A stretch of DNA of 64,000 bases from the human T2T-CHM13v2.0 reference genome, Homo sapiens: NCBI RefSeq assembly GCF_009914755.1, contig NC_060929.1; one strand, written 5' to 3'. Position 1 is the first letter of the stretch, and every line of letters starts with the position of its first letter. This document shows positions 42,530 to 55,309 of this stretch, piece by piece. The translations under genes were made by a program, and so were the position numbers. Below the pieces are notes generated by a model. It had not been told where the DNA came from and searched no databases. It saw only the letters and a list, made by a program, of their open reading frames with translations.

Positions 42530-43160
42530 CTAATGAATATGCATGAGTCTTCATGCATTGATATACATATGATTTCTCGTCTATAAAGAACGGTTTGGAA
42601 GACTTGTTATCTGACCAGAAAAGCCTGTAGTAAGTTGAGATAAAGGATGCTGACTCCAATCCCCTCAGCCTTTGCAACTGCTTTATATTCTAATCACTGC
42701 GCTAAGCATCTGTCCCCGGCAGGCAGCTTGTTCAATCTAGCAGATAACGAATGCAGCCCAATGGTGGCTGTGCTGGCCCTTCCCCACGCACGCGAGGAGC
42801 TAGTGTTCCATTCCTCTGATTACACAGGCAGCGGGAAAGCACTCTCAGAGCTGTAATTGCCTCCGTTTTGAAACATCTTCACCTGTTAGCCAAAGCTAAG
42901 TTGAATCACAGCAGAAATTATTAACAGTGGCTGTTTTCAAGCCAGCTTAATTTGAGCTGATGCTGCTGTTCACTTAACCCAGATGAATAGGTGTGCAGGA
43001 CGAGAGTCTAAGCAGAGATGACACCCCAATGAATATTCGCTCGCAGCCCTGCTGCGGGGAGCTGGCTTGCACAACAACAGACGATTGTTAAAAAGCTAAG
43101 GGGGACTGGGGCGTTGGACGGGACTGGCTCCTCTTCAGGCACCTCTGTGCTCGTGAGAAC
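42530..43160. promoter_or_regulatory. Candidate enhancer-like CpG-retaining unique element
   Basis: About 16 CpGs in 42698-43155 against a CpG-depleted background; ATGAATATGCAT POU dimer-type site at 42533; no TE recognised. Confidence 0.35.
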
Positions 43161-44586
43161 TTCCTGACTGATGGCTGCTTTTAACAGCTAAATCATTTTT
43201 TCAATTAGTTTCCACAAATGTTGGCAAACACAGACTGTTTTTGGGGTTGTGCACAATGGTGTGAGAAACACTACCCTGCTTCCAGAGTGGCCAGAAACAC
43301 TCTTTTTCAGAGAGCTGAACAGGCATTAAAATTTAATGGTCTGCTTTCATTTTCTCCGCAGTGTGCTTCAAGATGATTATAAATTACAGCATTCTGCTTA
43401 CTTTTGACGGAATAAGTCATGTATCAGCATTTGATTTAGAAGCTATGTGTGCTTGACATATGAAACACATCTTGCAGATGTGATTTATCACAGAGCTCTT
43501 TTTTTTTGTTTCAGGACAAAATAGCTGAACAGGAGGCTCACCATTGTGACAGTGACCGCCATCCCCACAGTGGGGGTATGGCTGTGGCTTCCGAAGATTG
43601 AATCTTAGGAGTCTGAAAAATCTGAATTTATCTCTATTTTTCAAGTTGAGGAATTCTTTTGTTTTTCAAAGCTCAACATGATTCCTAAAGATCTCACTCT
43701 TTAAAAAAAAAAAAAACAAAACTGCTGGGAAAAGATGGGCAAGGCATTACTAAATATGGGAATTTTCTCCCAAAGTTAGATGGGGTGTCACAGAGCAAGA
43801 CATCCCCCTGTAATGCCAGGGCAATTTGGGAAGCTGCTGGCTTATAGGGCCTCTGATGCAATATGACTGGCTCAGGAGGCAGGTTGAGAGCAGATGGGGG
43901 ATTTGTCATTTGGATGGGTATGAGACTAGAGGGATGGTCTATAAAGGCAAAGCCTGATTCTGCTGTCAGCTAGTATATTTCTTTGCCTCTGAATCTATAT
44001 CTGCTGGTGAACTGAGCTGCAACATGGCCAATCCATTCATTTCAGCATCTCTTTAGCAACAGCTCTGATGACTGTCGCCAAAATAGTTGTGTGAGGACCC
44101 ACACTGATCATGAAATGATTTAACCAAACAATCAGCTGGGCCATGCTTTATTTACCAAGTCTGACTAATAACTATAACAAAGCTGCAGAAATCCTAAATA
44201 TTATTTCAGAATCACATTTCCCGTAGAAGGTGTAACTTGGAAGTATATTCCCCTTCTTTGTCTCCTACTGCATCCTTTGCATCCTTATAAAACCAAATTC
44301 ACGTTTCACCTTACCTCTTCTGTGTAGCTTTATCAGCACCTCCTGTTAGTTATTCATGGCCTCTTCTCTTTGGACAGTCTATTCCAGTACTTGTGACACC
44401 GTACTGTAATTATCTGTGATCTTTCTTCCTCCCCCTATGTTATTCTGTAAGACCTAACTCTTAATCATCTTCCTCTCCTCAGTCCCTAGTATACAGCCTG
44501 ACATAAAATAGGCTCTCAATAACATTTTTAGGTGAATTAATGTTGAATGAATATATAAATGAATGATTATTTCAGTCAAAGGAATA

Positions 44587-45045
44587 TGTGAGAGTATATA
44601 GCAGGCCTGGTAATAGTCCCTTAACATCTCTTTCTCCTTTTCATATGGGAAAAGAAATCTCAGTTTTTAGCTGGGCACGTGGCTTCCTGGAATTAAGACT
44701 TTGTTTCTCAGCCTCACCTGCAGCTAGGCATGATTATTTTCTAGAATGGGTCAATGGGATGTAGGTGGAAGTGGTATGGTAATTTAGGCAGTGTTCTTGA
44801 GCACAGCTGGACAGAGACTGTAATGGCTGCAGCTCTAGCAGTCAGTTTATACTCCAGGGTGTTCTTGGGATTGAAAGCCCTGTACTGCAGAACAAGATTG
44901 AAGGAATTGGGGGTTCTGGTACCACAGAGAGCACACTAACCCTGGCCTGATTACTTACAGGTTTCTTGAATGTGAGAGGAGAAAAACAAAAGCAAAAAAA
45001 AAAAAAAAAAAAACTCACCCTCATAAACTGTGTGAATTGAAATCC
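44587..45045 (+). mobile_element. Old MLT1 (I/J-like) MaLR LTR
   Basis: ttttagctgggcacgtggc..tttctcagcctcacctgcagctaggcatg..caatgggatgtaggtggaagtg. Confidence 0.7.
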
Positions 45046-45062
45046 TTGCTATGATTTACCAG

Positions 45063-45205
45063 CAGGACCAGCTACATAATTTGTAGGCTTTGGTGCAAAA
45101 TAAAAATGAGATATCCTTTGTTCAAACATGATTAACAATCCCAAGACAGCAACAGCAGAGATTAAAGCAGATGCATAGAACCCTGTGTGATGAAGCTGAC
45201 CTTGC
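45063..45205. mobile_element. MER91-type hAT MITE
   Basis: caggaccagctacataatttg..gtgcaaaataaaaatg..ttgttcaaa..atgaagctgaccttg. Confidence 0.75.
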
Positions 45206-45279
45206 TTACAAGGCCTGATATTACTTGATTCCTGCCAAAACTTCTTGAAACTCACTTTGTATCAATGCCATCATCACTT

Positions 45280-45690
45280 ACTGCATTTTAGCCACAGAGG
45301 CCTTGTTTCCTGGACAAACTAAACTCTTTCCTGCCGTAAGACATTTGGACTTGGCTTTTCCAAGCTGAGAACACTCTCTCACAGGTAATTGCTGTGCTCA
45401 TGATTCTCGTGCTGGCTTCTTCTCCATCTTTATGAAACAAGCCAGCATAACCTCCATAGAAGAGTCTTTTTTTAGCACCTCTTCACTTGCAGTATTATAG
45501 TGCCTTCTTGTTTCTTCTGAGTCACACCTCTACTGATTTCTTATTATATTGCTTCCTTTTAGAAATTACTAGAATGTAAACTTCTGAAGGGCAGATTCTT
45601 TTTGTGTTTTGTTCATTGATATATTATTCATACAGTACACTGCTTGCTTAGAATATAGTAGGAACTCACTGAATATTTGACATGTGGTAA
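45280..45690 (+). mobile_element. L2 3' fragment
   Basis: actagaatgtaaacttctgaagggcag..ttgttcattg..atagtaggaactcactgaatatttg. Confidence 0.7.
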
Positions 45691-45722
45691 ATGAGCACAA
45701 CTTCAAGAATTTGGGCATTTAA

Positions 45723-46052
<330 letters not shown>

Positions 46053-46188
46053 AGATTTCTTGAGCTTTCTCAAAAACACTTTGCCTGATTTTACCAATTT
46101 ATTCTATAAACACTTGATTCTCTATATTTGGTTATGTGGAAGTAGCCATGCAAAGGTAAAACTCACTTGTTTAAATATTTCCCAGAGT

Positions 46189-47101
46189 TGTTAGATGTGT
46201 GAAAAAGGAGGAATTTTCTCTCTGCTGGACATCTGTTTATATTGTCATTCATAGACACATGCCACCCTTAGAATCAAAACTACTTACTTCCTTCTCCTAC
46301 AGCTTACTGTCTACATCAACATGTCTACATTCAGTATTCGTTATTTTCATTAGCATAACTTTACTATTCCAGGAGAGTCTTGCCCAGGCAAATAACTTGA
46401 TTGTTCATTACTGGAACTCCCTGGAATATCCATCAACCCTTCAACAGAAAACATCAACAGGGAGTTGTTTCCATAGATTCTTTGAATCCTTTGCCTCACT
46501 TCCGTTCCACCAATCCTAAACTGATATATTACAATCCTTACCCAATCCTAATCAAGTCCTTGTGTTGGAAGAACCACTTCACACCAAACTTTTGAAGCAG
46601 GAAAATAGGGTCTGGAGGCAGGGAACATAAGGCCAATTCACACTTTAGCTATGACAGGAAATATCCTCTCCTAAGGGCATAGGCCAAGTAAATAATTTTG
46701 TAACTTTAATTCTTCCTCTCCATTTACATAGGGCATATGGAAGTAACCATGGAATCCTCTAGAGGTTATTTAAACTCCCCCAAATTCTGTACTGGGGCCC
46801 TTGGGCCCTTATGCTCAGCCCGCTCCCACACTGTGGAGTATACTTTCATTTTCAATAAATCCTTCATTCCTTCCTTGATTTGTTTGTGTCTTTTGTCCAA
46901 TTCTTTGTTCAAGATGCAAAGAACATGGACAACCTCCAACAGTGACACTTTCAATGCTCAATAAATTTTGACTTTGCCTTCCCGTCCCCAAGGGGTTATG
47001 AAAGGTAAGGTGGTGTTCTCCATTGCTACATTGAGTGATACAATGAGTTTTGTCTTCTCAACAGGTTGTGTTGCTGATATTTGGGGAGCTGGTGTTCAAT
47101 A
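46189..47101 (+). mobile_element. ERV1-class LTR (MER90/MER110-related), split by MER61
   Basis: aaggtggtgttctcc..ttgtcttctcaacaggttgtgttgctgatatttggggagc 3' end; both halves abut the MER61 TSD. Confidence 0.6.
46593..46947 (+). mobile_element. MER61(A)-like ERV1 solo LTR
   Basis: TG..CA termini; ggaaaatagggtctggaggcagggaacataaggcc; AATAAA near 46854; 4-bp TSD cttt at 46589-46592 and 46948-46951. Confidence 0.85.
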
Positions 47102-47311
47102 ATTTTAATACCTTAAAAAAATAAAATGTCTGAGCTTATAAACTTGATTATTCAGAATAATCAGTTGCAATATATTAAGAGAAAAAAATAATGAACCCTA
47201 TCTCTCAAGAGAAGCATTTTTCCTTACAGGCATGTCCAGGTCAAAAGTTTACATAAATGATGGTACATAATGATACCCGTGTAAATCAGAGAGTATACAA
47301 GCATATTTCTA

Positions 47312-47680
47312 TGCTGGCACTGTTCAGTATGGCAGACACTAGACATATGTGACTATTAAGCACATGCTATGTAACTAGTCCAAATTGAGATGTGCTGTAA
47401 GTGTAAGATATATCCCAGATTCAATGACTTAGTATAAGAAAATAATGTAAAATATCTAAAATCTTTATATTGATTACATGTTTAAACATATTATTTTGCT
47501 TGGATCATAATATTTTAGATATGGGTTTTGGATATAATATATATGGATTAGACATACTATATTATATATAACATATTATTAAAGTTAACTTTATGCATCT
47601 CTTTGCATTTAAAAAAACAAAGGTTTGAATTAATGACATACATGGCTTGCATTATATTTCTATTGAGGAACATCATTCTC
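47312..47680. mobile_element. MER33 hAT-Charlie element
   Basis: actagtccaaattgagatgtgctgtaagtgtaa..gacttagtat..aatgtaaaatatct..tggcttgcattatatttctattg. Confidence 0.8.
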
Positions 47681-48816
47681 TCTACTTAAATAATACAAAA
47701 AACAAAAATAAAACCCCCAAACCTTGGCAGATTGCACTGTCAATAGGGAGGACATGATATATACATTTCTCCCTTGTGATGTCTTACTTCTCTAACTTTT
47801 TTTAAAAGATCTTCACTAACATAACCATACACAATATTTTTAAGATGTAAAATATCATTGGTAAGTGGGCACTCTTAATGTACTTGAAAGCATTAAAGAT
47901 AATTACCCTTAAAAGTTGAGAAGCATCTAGAAGTCATTTTGCTTATGACTAAACTGTTAGAAAAAATTTTTTCCACATTTGGCTTAGCAAGAGACATTTC
48001 AACGAACAGGAAAAGCAAAGAGGCCCAAGTGTTAATCTGTGTTTGTGGTAAATGGCGAGGTAGATCTGAGACTGCAAAGTGTAATTCAATTGTAGTAAGA
48101 GGAAGATATAATCTGTAATTTTTTTTCTACAACTGGTTCTTTCTTTTTTTCCTGAAGAATGATGACAGCTATCATGCTTAATATGACAGAAGAGGGATAT
48201 CCGTATTTTCACCTCCCTTCTGTCGTATTGTTTGATTAGAGATACTCTAAACTTGTAGTGTTAGAATATGAGGGGTGGTATACCATTTCTCCTTGAAAGA
48301 CACTTTTGATGAGAACAAGACAGAGATGAGATAATCTCGGGCCGCTGACTCAAGCTAAAAACAGGAACAAGGCAGGGGCTGGGACAAAGGTTCCTGACCT
48401 GAGGTGAAAGAAGAGAGAGAAGCTTGTTAGGACAAGGGGTGAATAAATAAAATGTCCCAGTGCCCTGGGAGGAGGTAACTTTATTCTTCACCGTCGGGGA
48501 CAAGAAAACTCCACTTCATTGTCATTCACTCTTCTGAAACACAAGACCCAAGCATAAATCCAGAGGGCCTCCTTCCTGATCAGGCGATTGAGATGTTTGT
48601 TTTCACTGCAATGTGAGTTGTGTCCTCCTTTGAGTCCCTTGTCCTTTGAAGTTGTTTACATGTTTGACAAGTTTGACAGAAGTTTCTAATGTTTAAGTTC
48701 TCATACATTGATAATGGAATGTTAAACTGTAATTTCAAAAATATGTCTTTATTTCTGAGCTTCTCTCACATACAATTTTCCTGATGTTTTAAGCAGAGAA
48801 ATAGAAAATGTTTTGA

Positions 48817-50122
48817 CAACTGTCTGATCTTTGACAAACCTGACAAAAACAAGCAATGGGGAAAGGATTCCCTATTTAATAAACGGTGTTGGGAAAACTG
48901 GCTAGTCATATGCAGACAACTGAAAGTGGAGTCCTTCCTTACACCTTGTACAAAAATTAACTCATGATGGATTAAAGGCTTAAATGTAAGACCTAAAACC
49001 ATAAAAACCCTAGAAGAAAACCTAGGCAATACCATTCAGGACATAGACATGGGCAAGGACTTCATGACTAAAACACCAAAAGCAATGGCAGCAAAAGCCA
49101 AAATTGACAAATGGGATCTAATAAAACTAAAGAGCTTCTGCACAGCAAAAGAAAGTATCATCAGAGTGAACAGGAAACCTAAAGAATGGGAGAAAATTTT
49201 TGCAATCTATTCATCTGACAAAGGGCTAATATCCAGAATCTACAAGGAACTTAAATTTACAAGCAAAAAACAAACAACCCTATCAAGAAGTGGACCAAGG
49301 ATATGAACATACACTTCTCAAAGGAAGACATTTGTGTGGCCAACAAGCATATGAAAAAAAGCTCGTCATCACTGGTCATTAGAGAAATGCAAATCAAAAC
49401 CACAATGAGATACCATCTCATGCCGATTAGAATGGTGATCATTAAAAAGTCAGGAAACAACAGATGCTGGTGAGGATGTGGAGAAATATGAATGCTTTTA
49501 CACTGTTGGTGGGAGTGTAAATTAGTTCAACCATTGTGGAAGACAGTGTGGTGAGTCCTCAAGGATCTAGAACCAGAAACACCATTTCATCCAGCAATCC
49601 CATTACTGGGTATATACTCAAAGGATTATAAATCATTCTGTTCTAAAGACACATGCATATGTATGTTTACTGCAGCACTCTTCACAATAGCAAATACTTG
49701 GAACCAACCCAAATGCCCATCAATGATAGACTGGATAAAGAAAATGTGGCAGATATACACCATGGAATACTATGCAGCCCTATAAAGGATGAGTTCATGT
49801 CCTTTGCAGGGACATAGATGAAGCTGTAAACCATCATTCTCAGCAAACTAACACAGGAACAGAGAACAAAGCACCGCGTGTTTTCACTCATAAGCGGGAG
49901 TTGAACGATGAGAACACATGGTTACAGGGAGGGGAACATCACACACTCGGGCCTGTTAGGGGGTGGGGGTGCTAAGGGAAGGATAGCATTAGGAGAAATA
50001 CCTAATGTAGATGATGGGTTGATGGCTGCAGCAAACCACCATGGCACGTGAATACCTATGTAACAAACCTGCACATTCTGCACATGTATCCCAGAACTTA
50101 AAGTATAATTTTTAAAAAAAGG
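48817..50122 (+). mobile_element. 5'-truncated L1 (L1PA7-like), 1.3 kb
   Basis: ORF2 C-terminus ([12 protein letters not shown]...) plus 3'UTR cctaatgtagatgatgggttgatgg; TSD aaatgttttga at 48806-48816 and 50123-50133. Confidence 0.95.
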
Positions 50123-51285
50123 AAATGTTTTGAGACAAGATGATATTGTATCTCTGAACTTTGACTCTTCAGCTCTGCTATTTTGGCAGCATAATAACTC
50201 TTTCCTTGAGGAAACTTCCTTAGCACTGTTTTCCTGGCATACAGAATCAATAAAAGAATGCTTTAGTATTTTATAAGAACATGATTTTCCCAATTTCTTT
50301 CAAGGAGGAAGAAACACTGGAAATCATTCAGAAAATCTTGTTCTTTTGAGTTTTCTTGGCAACTTAAGTATGTAGCATAGAAAGCTAGGAGAAAATTGAA
50401 ATACAAATAAAACCTGAAGTAATGATTACTTAAATACCATGACATGAATCTCTAGAGTTGGCCCTTATCATGAAAGATAAATAGCTGTTACTTCCTAATT
50501 CTGATTGTTTTGCTGAGAAGATCTATTATATATAGTCACCACGGACCCATGCTTTCGATATGCATCTCTCTCTTCAGTGATTGAGTTTCTCAGGCATACA
50601 AATTGTGTGTACAGCCAAGGAAGTGTTTGGGCTTATTTCAAAGGAGGGGAGACTAAGACTAGGGTTATGTGCCGAAACCGAACAGCTACTTTTATGGAAA
50701 AAAATTAAAAGCTGTTGCTGTAACTGGTGGTGGAAATTAGAAATTTTTGTTCTCAATTGCGTGGTTAATCCCTTGTCTAGATGACTATTTTGGTGCTTTC
50801 TTTAGGAGAAATAAAAAGTGTATTTCCACTTGTGCTACATTTATATTTTATCTCTGTGTCCTATTGCTATCTGGGGATCTTGACTCATTTGAGATTACAA
50901 GGGAGACAGACCTCAGTTGGTGGTACAGGGAAAAATGGTATTTAGACTTTAAATATAAATCCTCTATATTAATATTTTAAATCACTGAACTCACTCTAGG
51001 CTTTAACTGTAAAAAAAAAATTAAAGTGATAAAAAAAAAACTAGACCAAAATGGGTGTAAGTACAAAAGGAATTTATTGATCTGAGTAACTGAAAAGCTC
51101 TGTTTGTCTCAGCAGGTGGGTTTTGATACAGCAGCTCAGAAGTTGTCACTGAAGACCTTCCATGGTCCTTCCAGGTCAGGGAATTGCTACTGACATTCTC
51201 ACACCAAAATTTCCATCTTAGGATAGAGATACATCCTAAGGAATCTTTTAGGATGGTTCCCCAGGAAAATTGGTCTTTGTCCCAG

Positions 51286-51690
51286 TGTTATGGGCTGAGA
51301 TATGTGCCCCTAAGTTTATATGTTGAAGTCCTATCCCCCAGTGACTTAGAATGTGACTATATTTGGAGACAGAGTGTTTAAAAAGGTAACCAAGTTCAAA
51401 TGAAGTCACTGGGGAGGACCCTAATCCGGTAGGATTGGTATTCTTTTAACAAGAGGATTTTGGGACACAGAACCACACAGAGGGAAGATCATGTGAAGAC
51501 AGGAAGACAATCATCTACAAGCCAAGGAAAGAAGCCTCAATAAAAAAGGATAAAAACCTATTCCTAACTGGCGATCTCGACTTGCCAACACCTTGTTCTC
51601 AGACTTCTAGCCTCTAGAACTGTCAGAAAATAAATTTCTGTTTATGCTACCCAGTTTGTGGTACTTTGTTATGGCAGATATCTTGGCACA
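51286..51690 (+). mobile_element. MLT1B-like MaLR solo LTR
   Basis: tgttatgggctga..tatgttgaagtcct..agaatgtgact.tatttggagacag..ccctaatcc..aaaataaatttctg..tttgttatggcag. Confidence 0.88.
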
Positions 51691-53717
51691 AGTCAGAGAA
51701 GATATGCAAATACTTGGAATGAACCACTGTTATAACAAATAATAACAAATAATAACATTAGAAATGATAAATACTAAAACAATAACTATTTCTTTAACCT
51801 GTATCATTTGCTAGTACTTTAATCAAAAATTTCCAACTTATCAGAGGCCAGATATTATTCTATCTAGCTATCATTATATCTGATTTTTCTGCTGAGAACT
51901 CCAGGGATCATTAAGGTTAAGAACCTTGATCAAGTTCACATGGCTGATTGGGTGCCTAAGATGGGATTTAAGCAAATTGTACTATTCCTTGTTTACAGGC
52001 AAGAGCTAGTGTTGATATTTCTGACAGGCCAAGGTAATTGATTTGGCCACTCCAATGTCTGTGCTGGGATCTGTAAAACCCTGAAGAGCAAGCTGACGCA
52101 GTAAAACAGATGGCCTTGTGCCGAAATCTCAGAAGGGCTGATGTGGCCAAAGCAGAGGCTGCTTTGGGCTACAGTTGCAGGGGAGAAGAAAAAGACCTAA
52201 GAGAAGCTGGGACAAGGTTTGGGGGCAGTTTTTCTCACCAAGAACATCTGTTCTCTGGGAATGGCTGGGTAATACACAACAGCTTTGAAAGCCTTTGGCA
52301 TGACCTGGGGTAGAGATGATAATGAGAGAGCTTTCTACTGACATGTCAGATGACATGCTGGCTTTCTAAATTAATGAATCAATTTCTTAAATTTTCTCTT
52401 ACCTTTTTTTTTCTTCTTTTACCTTGATTAGATTTTATTTCTGATCTCATTTGTGGTGGCTCTGGGGCCAACTGTTCAAAGAAGCCTGTAGGGAAAACCC
52501 ATGCTTTGGTTTAGATACCTAGAACTTGGGTTATAGAAGAGGAAGATTTTTTTCAGAGTTGCTAGGCAGCCTTCTGCTCATCTTGCCCTGTTACCTCCCA
52601 AAATTCCAATATGACTCAAAAGCAGGATCAAAGCTACAGAGTAAGGACTACTCTTCACTCTGGTAAACAAAAGAGGCTGCAGTGAATTAACAGGTTAGGA
52701 GCCATGGAGACCTGGATGTTCCCAGGAAACAAACTGAGACAAGTTAAGGCAGCTGGACCTGGTGACTCAACTCCACAAGCTTAGACTTTGAAATTATCAT
52801 ATTCGTTCATTCATTCATTTATGTGTCAAATATATAGTAGAGGAGGAAAAAATGAACACTGAATGAGAAGAGATAGGGAGTAGAGATCAGAATAGGTTTA
52901 GGGTGAAAAAGAAAAACAAAGCAGTAGCTTATGGGGCACATGGGGTAACAGGAAGGGTTTTCCATTTGTTTGGTATGGTTAGGCTGAGGACAATAAGTAA
53001 GTGGAGAGACTGAGCAGTCAGGAGTGACTAATAGAATAATGCCCAGAAAGTGTGTTAAGATTACATCCTTGCATGGAGGAGTTGGATTTGACAAACCATA
53101 GCATGCTTCTTTCTTTGAGATGGAGACAGGAGATGCTGTTATCTGTTTACCTCATTTAGGAATTCCTTCTCCAGAAGACCCAAAGTATGTTTCTTATTAA
53201 ATCATGGAAAACACTAATTAGCCTCAGATAAAGTCATAGATTACTTGTAGAATGTTTGTCGTGTAATAGGTAGATTATAAATTATTTACTCTTTCAACAG
53301 GTTTACTTTGTATTAAGATTTTGGAGTACAAAGTAGAGTAAGACCTAACCTTTTTCCTCAATGGACTAGCATTATAGTAAGAGTAACAAGTATATAAACA
53401 GATCTTTACAAGTATCTTTAATGCAATGATCAAGGTACTCGGAGGCAATGTCACCCAGTAGTGGCATATGTATTCACATATGTGTTGGGGTACACATGTT
53501 AATATCAGAAAAGGTGCCCTGGAAGCAATAATGCATGAGGTGAACATATTTTAAATTTTATAACATGCTTTAAAAATTAACATGTGTATAGTACATTTAT
53601 TATAGAAAATATTTTAAAAAGAAATTAAAATGAGTACATTTTCTTCATAATATGGCATCACCAAAGGAAAGACTACTACTAGATTTAAGCCAAACTTTTA
53701 TTCTTGTGTGTGTGTGT

Positions 53718-53825
53718 GTGACTTTGACACTGGACAAATTTTATCGCATCTCTGGGTATCAGTTTCCTCATCTGAAAAATGAAGAGGTTGGCCTCCAAGG
53801 CTGCTTCTAGGTATGATAATCTGAG
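53718..53825 (+). mobile_element. MIR fragment
   Basis: tctctgggtatcagtttcctcatctgaaaaatga core. Confidence 0.7.
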
Positions 53826-55309
53826 TCTTTGATCTAAGAACAAATTAATATAGCACTGAGAGCATAAGTGATTTCTAATTGCTAAAGTGTGACAATTTAA
53901 AATAAGAAGCCAAAATGGTCTCCATAATTAGCTCTGACACATGCCCCCTCTATGACAAAGGTCAGCCATTTTAATTTCCTGTCTTGCTTGCTATATCCCC
54001 CAAAAGGGGGATAACATTTCTGATACCTGCCTTTTTTCATGAATCTCTTGTCCAGATTAATAAAGACCTTACTTCTCTGAAGGAAATAGCTCACATATTG
54101 AAGGTATATTAATTCCTTCAGGCCATTAGGGCATCATTTGCTTAATTTGATTCCAAGTGACAGCCATGCACCCCATTTTCTTTGGTAAGCTCTTGGTTTC
54201 AGCTTGTAAAACAGAAAAGCTATTTAGAAGAAAGAGGATCAATGATCATAGAGTCTCCTTAATATCTGCTGATTATTTTTTTTCCAGGTAGTATTTTCTT
54301 TAAAATGTTATCATGCTGTTTCTTAAATAAGCATTTATGGGTTTTTTTCCACTTACCATCTACCAGATGAGAGCTATATCACATGCTGAGAAAGCTGTGG
54401 ATTTTTACAAAAGTTAAATCTCACAAGGATTGATTCACACTCATTTGAGGATCTAGGGTGCTACTTTCAACCTTAGGGTTTTTGCATTAGGAGATACACA
54501 TGACTCAAAAACCTTTGTTAGCAACCTCTTCTTTACTAGCAAAGAGTCAGAAATTGGGCCCTGTAATTTAGTTATGTCACTTGGAGTTGTGATATTTGCT
54601 GAATGGTTTCAAGTCGAAGAGCAACAATTTATTGCAAACTACCTGCAAGGCCTTGTGTTAGGGGATGTAAAGATTCTCTGAAAAGGTCTACAATTTAGCA
54701 GGATAGAAATCTGCAGCATCCTTCTAACTCTGATAAGTGTCTTGATAGTGGTACAAAGAGCTGTGGGAATTCAGAACAGAGGCAGAAATAATGGAGAAAT
54801 ACCAGCCTTTAGTGGGCCTTCACTCAGCCAAAATAAAGCATTCCCATAAGAGTATGAAGGGGGAAAAAGCCCCTTGGCTTTTTCTTCCACTGGTTGAAAG
54901 AAGGAGACCTTAGCCATTGACAGAATGATGTGCCTGTAGCTGACTTCTCAAATAATGTCCTAGAGACAAACTATAATTACTGCAGTTAACTGCAGACTGA
55001 GGCACTGACACATCCCCACTCTCTCCTTTCAATAGTTTCTCCAATTTGTGCCCAGTTCAGGATTGCAAGAGGGGAAATATTATTTCCAGGCACTTTCAGA
55101 TTAGATTGTAGAGCCTTGCATGGAAAATAGCGATTTCCTTTTCCTTCCCTTTTCTCTTCCTTCATATGTCAGTCTCTTGATGAGGAACTAAAGGCTGGTA
55201 GGAGAATGGATAGTGAATTGAAGAATTGAACCATTTGAAGTCTTAGAAGGCTTTTTTGGATGATTTTCATTTGTTCTTTCTGCTTTTTTCAAATGATTGA
55301 AAAAACAAT

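Noticed and set aside
43558-43582. gccatccccaCAGTGggggtatggc hairpin, IRE- or CTCF-like
   Set aside because: No 5-bp upper stem or bulged C in IRE register; several mismatches to the CTCF core.
53994-54013. Perfect TATCCCCC-aaaa-GGGGGATA hairpin
   Set aside because: An 8-bp stem is expected by chance in 64 kb; no supporting context.
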